32,000 nt of DNA, from positions 1,410,001 through 1,442,000 of the forward strand of contig NZ_CP195536.1 in the NCBI RefSeq assembly GCF_051307035.1, written 5' to 3'. Below are positions 27,170 through 32,000 of this stretch, piece after piece. Below the pieces are notes generated by a model. It had not been told where the DNA came from and did no database searches. It saw only the letters and a list, made by a program, of their open reading frames with translations. The position numbers and the translations under genes are program-made. This stretch comes from Psychrobacter sp. DM4 (GTDB taxonomy: Bacteria; Pseudomonadota; Gammaproteobacteria; Pseudomonadales; Moraxellaceae). Numbering within the stretch: the stretch's first letter is position 1; each line of letters starts with the position of its first letter.

Positions 27170-28405
27170 TTAGAAAGCATCCGCAGGAACAAAAACTGCA
27201 CCAACCATAATACGCCGCGCCGAACGACTCATGGAGACTTTTTTGGCTTGCCAGCGCCCATCGACCAATTCGGTTTTTCCGCCGACGAGCAATGTACCTG
27301 ACGGATGACCAAACCGTACTTCAACAAGACTACCGCCGCCAGCCGATGCATTGACTAGCGTCCCTTGCGTGGTCGCGGCTGCGGCAATAGCGACTGCGGC
27401 TGTACCCATCATAGCGTGATGCAATTGACCCATACTCATGGCGCGTACGACTAAGTCAATCTCGCCTGCATCGACCGCTTTTCCACTCGATGCCGTATAG
27501 CTCTGCGCGGCTCCAACCCAAGCGATTTTTGGGATATGTTGGCTCGCTTGTGCCTCGCTCATATCTTTAAATAATCCCATCGCCACACCGCCTTTGGCAC
27601 GGATTATCTCTAACTTGGTAAGTAGCTCGCTATTACTATTGATATCGCCTTGCAATTCAGTACCCGTAAAGCCCAAATCTGCTGCTTGCATAAAAATAGT
27701 AGGAATACCGGCACTAATAAAGGTCGCTTTTACGTTATCGGAATCTAAACCACAGCCCGACACATCGAAGTCATCGACCAAGTTGCCAGTAGGGAACATA
27801 TCGCTGGTGGCATCGACAGGATCGATAAACTCAATTTTAACTTCAGCTGCTGGGAAGGTCACACCATCTAATTCAAAGTCTCCTGTTTCTTGAACTTGTA
27901 CTTTGTTTTGTGCATCTAAATAGACTGGTACATGGGCAATAATCGTCTTACCGATATTTTCTTGCCAAATGCGTACTTCACAAATCCCGCTTTCAGCATC
28001 TTTATCGATGCTGTTATTAATTTTGTCGGCATCAACTAGACCCATATTAATGGCACAGGCACCGACGGCCGCGGTTAAGTTGCCACAGTTACCCGCCCAA
28101 TCAATCATTGGTTTGGCAATATTGACTTGTCCGAACAGATAATTCACATCGTGATCTGAGCTAGAAGAGGCTGATAAAATAACCGTTTTTGACGTGCTAG
28201 AGCTGCCATTGCCCAAACCATCGATTTGCTTGCCGTAAGGATCTGGGCTGCCGATGACCCGTAATAGGAAGTTATCACGTGACTTGCCAGCGACTTGGCA
28301 ACGCTCAGGTAAATCAGATAACTTAAAGAACGTACCTTTTGAGGTGCCGCCACGCATATAGGTGGCGGGGATTGAGATTTGTGGGGCGAATGTTGGTTGG
28401 GTCAT
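27170..28405 (-). CDS. prpF: 2-methylaconitate cis-trans isomerase PrpF (AcnD accessory protein)
   Basis: IPATYMRGGTSKGTFF, LLRVIGSPDPYGKQIDGLG, SSTSKTVIL, YLFGQV and DWAGNCGNLTAAVG match remembered Shewanella PrpF almost residue for residue. Confidence 0.9.
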   Translation of the reverse strand: MTQPTFAPQISIPATYMRGGTSKGTFFKLSDLPERCQVAGKSRDNFLLRVIGSPDPYGKQIDGLGNGSSSTSKTVILSASSSSDHDVNYLFGQVNIAKPMIDWAGNCGNLTAAVGACAINMGLVDADKINNSIDKDAESGICEVRIWQENIGKTIIAHVPVYLDAQNKVQVQETGDFELDGVTFPAAEVKIEFIDPVDATSDMFPTGNLVDDFDVSGCGLDSDNVKATFISAGIPTIFMQAADLGFTGTELQGDINSNSELLTKLEIIRAKGGVAMGLFKDMSEAQASQHIPKIAWVGAAQSYTASSGKAVDAGEIDLVVRAMSMGQLHHAMMGTAAVAIAAAATTQGTLVNASAGGGSLVEVRFGHPSGTLLVGGKTELVDGRWQAKKVSMSRSARRIMVGAVFVPADAF

Positions 28406-28480
28406 GGTTGGAGTCCTTTATATAATTATGATTTTCATATAGTTTTATTGATAGTATAGATAAATATAAATTAGCTAAAA

Positions 28481-28645
28481 ATGAAGAGTATTATGACGAT
28501 AGATAAGCAGTGCAAGGAAATCTCAGAAAAAATTAAGCAGATTATGCAAGACAATCCAGACTTGTCTCACGCGTTTGTACGTTAGCTTCTAATCGCGCAG
28601 GCAGAGGTTGAAGCTGGACAGGTTGAGCCTTTTGAGTTTGATTAG
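28481..28645 (+). pseudogene. Small ORF interrupted by an in-frame TAG; possibly a relic of a small regulator or antitoxin-like gene
   Basis: The ATG at 28481 opens MKSIMTIDKQCKEISEKIKQIMQDNPDLSHAFVR. An in-frame TAG lies at 28583-28585, and the same frame continues as LLIAQAEVEAGQVEPFEFD to the TAG at 28643-28645. It is the only plus-strand reading frame in this intergenic gap. Any homology is speculative. Confidence 0.2.
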
Positions 28646-28656
28646 AATTGATTAGT

Positions 28657-28917
28657 TTAGTAATGATAACGGCAAGATATAATAGTCAGGTAACGATCAT
28701 CGACGGCATATACCAACCGATTGGCGTCATCGATGCGTCTTGACCAAAATCCTGATAGATTTTCCTTTAGAGGTTCAGGCTTACCAATACCTTCAAACGG
28801 ACTTCGTTTACATTCTATGATTAACTTATTAAGGCGTTTGAGTGTTTTTTTGTCTTGCGTCTGCCAGTACAGATAGTCTTTCCAAGCGGCATCCGTCCAC
28901 GCTAGCTGTCCACTCAT
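28657..28917 (-). CDS. yoeB: YoeB/Txe-family type II toxin (ribosome-dependent mRNA interferase)
   Basis: This is an 86-aa ORF. WKDYLYWQTQDKK, SPFEGIGKPEPLKENLSGFWSRRIDDANRLVYAV and the terminal CRYHY match E. coli YoeB closely. Confidence 0.93.
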   Translation of the reverse strand: MSGQLAWTDAAWKDYLYWQTQDKKTLKRLNKLIIECKRSPFEGIGKPEPLKENLSGFWSRRIDDANRLVYAVDDRYLTIISCRYHY

Positions 28918-28938
28918 AGCTCTGTACTCACCACAGTA

Positions 28939-29250
28939 TTAAGCATCTTCAGCATCATTTTCACTGCCCAAATAAGTGTCAGCGTCGTTTATTTCTTCGT
29001 CATCTATCAAATCATGCACTGCCGTCTTGCCAGCTTGATACTGGGCAATTGATTTCGCTAGGTGAGCGGCATTAGCAGGTGATTTCAGTAAATAGACCGT
29101 TTCCATCAGGCTGTTATAATAATCAAGAGACATCACAACGGCATCATCAGCATCACGGCGAGTCACGATAGTGGCATTGGCATCGTCATTAACGGTGTCT
29201 AAAACCGATTTTAAATGCTTTCTTGCTTCTGAAAAACTAATCACTCTCAT
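28939..29250 (-). CDS. yefM: YefM/Phd-family antitoxin with an acidic C-terminal extension
   Basis: MRVISFSEARKHLKSVL, VVMSLDYYNSLMETVYLLKSPANAAHL match E. coli YefM. The gene ends 21 nt upstream of yoeB. An extra ~20 aa tail (DLIDDEEINDADTYLGSENDAEDA) is present. Confidence 0.9.
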   Translation of the reverse strand: MRVISFSEARKHLKSVLDTVNDDANATIVTRRDADDAVVMSLDYYNSLMETVYLLKSPANAAHLAKSIAQYQAGKTAVHDLIDDEEINDADTYLGSENDAEDA

Positions 29251-29282
29251 AGCTTACTCCTCTCACGACATGCTTCTTAACT

Positions 29283-29328
29283 TGTACAGTATATCGTACA
29301 TATTACGCGGTTATTCATCATAATTCAA
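29283..29328 (-). promoter_or_regulatory. Putative yefM-yoeB promoter (-35 TTGAAT, 17-nt spacer, -10 TAATAT) with a GTAC-core operator pair
   Basis: On the minus strand, TTGAAT lies at 29328-29323 and TAATAT at 29305-29300. These are followed by TGTACG (29300-29295) and TGTACA (29288-29283), whose centres are 12 bp apart. As I recall, the E. coli yefM-yoeB operator has TGTACA-core palindromes with 12-bp centre-to-centre spacing that overlap the promoter. Confidence 0.55.
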
Positions 29329-29341
29329 TATTATAAGAAAT

Positions 29342-29376
29342 AAAAAACCGATGTCGTATTCGCCATACAACATCGG
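29342..29376 (-). terminator. Strong rho-independent terminator immediately after acnD
   Basis: The minus strand reads CCGATGTtGTATggcgaATACgACATCGG followed by TTTTTT. That gives 7 bp, a T.G pair and 4 more bp of stem with a 5-nt loop. It starts about 28 nt after the acnD stop. Confidence 0.8.
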
Positions 29377-29404
29377 CTCTGTTATAAGTAAAGATTTTTA
29401 ACGC

Positions 29405-32000
29405 TTATACTGCATCAAGCGTCCCATCGATGAACTCTTTAGCAAAACGCTGGAGCATACCGCCAGAGTTGTACATTTTAACTTCATCAGCGGTATCTAA
29501 GCGGCAGATAACAGGGGTTTTATCGACGCTGCCATCAGTGCGATGAATAACTAACGTCATATCGCCGCCGGCTGACACATCACCTTCGATATCGAATACT
29601 TCTGTACCGTCGATGTTTAATGTCTCACGATCAACACCGTCTTTGAACTGGACGGGTAGTGCGCCCATACCGACTAGGTTCTGACGATGAATACGCTCAA
29701 AGTCTTCAGCGACGACCACTTCCACGCCAGCCAAACGAACCCCTTTAGCCGCCCAGTCACGGCTTGAGCCTTGACCATAGCCATCGCCTGCGATAATGAT
29801 AAGCGGCTGTTCGCGATTCATATAGGTCTCAATCGCCTCCCACATACGCATGACTTGACCTTCAGGCTCTACGCGAGCGAGCGAACCTTGAATAACCTTG
29901 CCGTCTTCATCACGCACCATCTCATTGAGCAGTTTTGGATTAGCAAAAGTCGCACGTTGAGCGGTTAAATGATCGCCGCGATGGGTTGCGTATGAATTAT
30001 AATCCTCGCTTGGTAGTCCCATTGTATCGAGATACTCGCCCGCAGCCGATGCGCCCATAATCGCATTGGACGGTGACATATGATCGGTGGTGATATTATC
30101 GCCAAGCACTGCGAGTGGACGTAAGCCTTTGAGCTTATTCATTGCGGCCATTTTACCTTCCCAATACGGCGGACGGCGGATATAAGTACTCATCTCACGC
30201 CAGTCATATTGTGGATCAATAACGGAGGCTTCGTTGCGACCCGCATCGGCTTTGGCCTCATCAAACATTGGAATATAAACTTCGTTAAATTGCTCAGGTT
30301 TAACGGACGCTTTTACGATTGCATCGACCTCGCTATCATCGAACCAGATATCTTTTAGATAAACGTCGTGACCGTTTTGATCTTTGCCAAGCGAGTCTTT
30401 TTCGATATCGAAACGGGTGTTACCTGCGATAGCGTAAGCGACAACCAGTGGCGGTGAGGCAAGAAACGCTTGCTTGGCGTGAGGATGGATACGACCATCA
30501 AAGTTACGATTGCCTGAGAGTACCGCGGTGCTAAATAGATCGCGCTCAATAATTTCTTTTTCGATTTCTGGATCAAGTGCGCCGCTCATACCATTACAGG
30601 TTGTACAAGCAAAGGCGACAACGTCAAAGCCCAATTTTTGTAGTTCAGGCAGTAGTCCTGCTTCTTCTAAGTACAGCTTAACGGTTTTTGAACCCGGCGC
30701 GAGCGAGGATTTTACCCAAGGCTTACGCACAAGGCCTTTTGCGACCGCATTACGAGCAACGATACCAGCGGCGACCATGTTGCGCGGGTTTGAGGTATTG
30801 GTACAGCTCGTAATCGCAGCAATAATGACCGCACCATCTGGCATTAAACCATCTTTTGGTTCAGGTAATTTATCACCTTCGCCATGGGCGATACCTTCAG
30901 TGACCAGATCAGTCGTTGATACGCGAGCATGCGGACGTGATGGGCCTGCGATATTACGCACGACTTTTGATAAGTCAAAACGCAATATGCGGTCGTATTC
31001 AGCATCAACCATGCCATCTGCCCAAAGCCCTGTTTGCTTGGCATAAGATTCAACGGTTTTGATCTGTTGTTCAGTACGACCAGTCAAACGTAGATAGTCA
31101 ATCGTTTGCTCATCAATGGAGAACATCGCGGCGGTCGCACCATATTCTGGGGTCATATTTGAGATAGACGCACGGTCACCGACGGTGAGATTGCGCGCGC
31201 CGTCGCCATAAAACTCTAAATAAGAGGACACAACGCCTTCATCACGTAAGAACTCAGTCATTGCCAATACTAAATCCGTACCGGTGATACCTTCTTGTAA
31301 TCTACCTGTTAGCTCAACGCCAATGATGTCCGGCAGACGCATATAGGACGGATTACCGAGCATCACGCTCTCAGCTTCTAAGCCGCCAACACCGATTGAA
31401 ATAACACCGAGCGCATCAACCATCGGCGTATGGCTGTCAGTTCCGACTAAAGTATCAGGAAAGGCAATCGCATCGCCGTCTTGATCAGCAACCACTTGTA
31501 CGACCGGCGACATTTTCTCTAAGTTAATTTGATGCATAATGCCATTACCGGGCGGTACGACATTGACGTTATCAAAGGCATACTGACACCAATTGATAAA
31601 GTGAAAACGATCTTCGTTACGGCGCTCTTCAATAGCACGGTTTTTCTCAAAGGCGTTCTCTTCAAAGCCTGCATGCTCGACGGCTAAAGAGTGATCGACG
31701 ATCAATTGCGTGGGTACGATGGGGTTTACTTTAGACGGATCGCCGCCTTCTGCTGCGATTGCATCACGAAGGCCTGCCAAATCAACAAAGGCCGTTTGAC
31801 CCAAGATATCATGACAGACAACGCGCGCAGGATACCATGGAAAGTCGATATCTTGCTTACGATAGATATGCTGTGACAAGGCTTCGGTCAAGTCCTCTGG
31901 CGGGCAGCGGCGTACTAAGTTCTCACACAGTACCTTTGAGCTAAACGATAGCTTGGCATAAGCGCCAGGCTCGATATCATTGATCGCTTGCTCTACATCG
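29405..32000 (-). CDS. acnD: Fe/S-dependent 2-methylisocitrate dehydratase AcnD (aconitase family); the 5' end lies beyond the window
   Basis: The track ORF starts at an internal TTG. The frame stays open to the window edge, and the upstream translation is DVEQAINDIEPGAYAKLSFSSKVLCENLVRRCPPEDL. That matches the AcnD N-terminal region, which I recall as ...APGAYAKLPYTSRVLAENLVRRC in Shewanella. Later matches include DFPWYPARVVCHDILGQTAFVDLAGLRDAIA, NRAIEERRNEDRFHFINW and the aconitase Cys ligand regions ITSCTNTSNP and CTTCNGMSG. Confidence 0.92.
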   Translation of the reverse strand, partial: DVEQAINDIEPGAYAKLSFSSKVLCENLVRRCPPEDLTEALSQHIYRKQDIDFPWYPARVVCHDILGQTAFVDLAGLRDAIAAEGGDPSKVNPIVPTQLIVDHSLAVEHAGFEENAFEKNRAIEERRNEDRFHFINWCQYAFDNVNVVPPGNGIMHQINLEKMSPVVQVVADQDGDAIAFPDTLVGTDSHTPMVDALGVISIGVGGLEAESVMLGNPSYMRLPDIIGVELTGRLQEGITGTDLVLAMTEFLRDEGVVSSYLEFYGDGARNLTVGDRASISNMTPEYGATAAMFSIDEQTIDYLRLTGRTEQQIKTVESYAKQTGLWADGMVDAEYDRILRFDLSKVVRNIAGPSRPHARVSTTDLVTEGIAHGEGDKLPEPKDGLMPDGAVIIAAITSCTNTSNPRNMVAAGIVARNAVAKGLVRKPWVKSSLAPGSKTVKLYLEEAGLLPELQKLGFDVVAFACTTCNGMSGALDPEIEKEIIERDLFSTAVLSGNRNFDGRIHPHAKQAFLASPPLVVAYAIAGNTRFDIEKDSLGKDQNGHDVYLKDIWFDDSEVDAIVKASVKPEQFNEVYIPMFDEAKADAGRNEASVIDPQYDWREMSTYIRRPPYWEGKMAAMNKLKGLRPLAVLGDNITTDHMSPSNAIMGASAAGEYLDTMGLPSEDYNSYATHRGDHLTAQRATFANPKLLNEMVRDEDGKVIQGSLARVEPEGQVMRMWEAIETYMNREQPLIIIAGDGYGQGSSRDWAAKGVRLAGVEVVVAEDFERIHRQNLVGMGALPVQFKDGVDRETLNIDGTEVFDIEGDVSAGGDMTLVIHRTDGSVDKTPVICRLDTADEVKMYNSGGMLQRFAKEFIDGTLDAV

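Noticed and set aside
28657-29376. The yefM-yoeB cassette as evidence of a prophage or transposon
   Set aside because: No integrase, transposase, inverted terminal repeats or phage genes are visible within several kb. Only the TA genes and a possible broken mini-ORF are present, so I can claim an insertion but not a defined mobile element.
27594-31046. Antisense or off-frame ORFs inside prpF and acnD (27594..27893 +, 28144..28353 -, 29771..29968 +, 30355..30576 -, 30510..31046 +, 30844..31053 -, 31691..31944 +)
   Set aside because: Each is embedded in a gene with very strong homology support in another frame or on the other strand. None has a recognisable motif.

Overview
The window looks like chromosomal DNA from a gammaproteobacterium. 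A Moraxellaceae or Psychrobacter-like origin is my guess from protein similarity and AT-rich codon use; I ran no search. The features, from left to right, are listed below.

- **CRISPR-Cas adaptation end (1-3950, minus strand).** This is the adaptation end of a type I-F CRISPR-Cas operon. The cas2/3 fusion runs off the left edge, so it is missing from the supplied ORF track. cas1 follows it.
- **Decayed island boundary (about 4130-4580).** A decayed P4-type integrase fragment, a terminator and a tRNA-Arg(CCT) sit here. Together they look like the eroded edge of a tRNA-integrated island.
- **Two poorly characterised genes (4653-6028).**
- **An enlarged recC-recB-recD operon (6316-17203).**
- **Minus-strand genes (17266-21796).** These are hpt, a 222-aa unknown, and a two-gene pair of a membrane protein and a GTPase. 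I recall that pair as the uncharacterised DUF2868/DUF3482 families.
- **An SDR oxidoreductase (22049-22801).**
- **A mosaic methylcitrate-cycle locus (22886 to the right edge, minus strand).** In transcription order it reads acnD (5' end off-window), a terminator, yefM-yoeB with its own promoter and operator, a broken small ORF, prpF, an ABC exporter, an ElaA-like GNAT with a membrane tail, and prpD.

The most unusual sequence-level signal is an identical oligonucleotide with core ATAGCCTAAG, extended in three copies to AAAAAATAGCCTAAG(T/C)A. It occurs five times, always on the same strand and always read as (N/D)-S-L-S, and only inside recC, recB and recD. I found no CRISPR array, transposase or rRNA. 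I cannot show that any clearly novel system is present. The best candidates for follow-up are the oligonucleotide motif, the GTPase and membrane-protein pair, and the cargo inserted in the prp locus.
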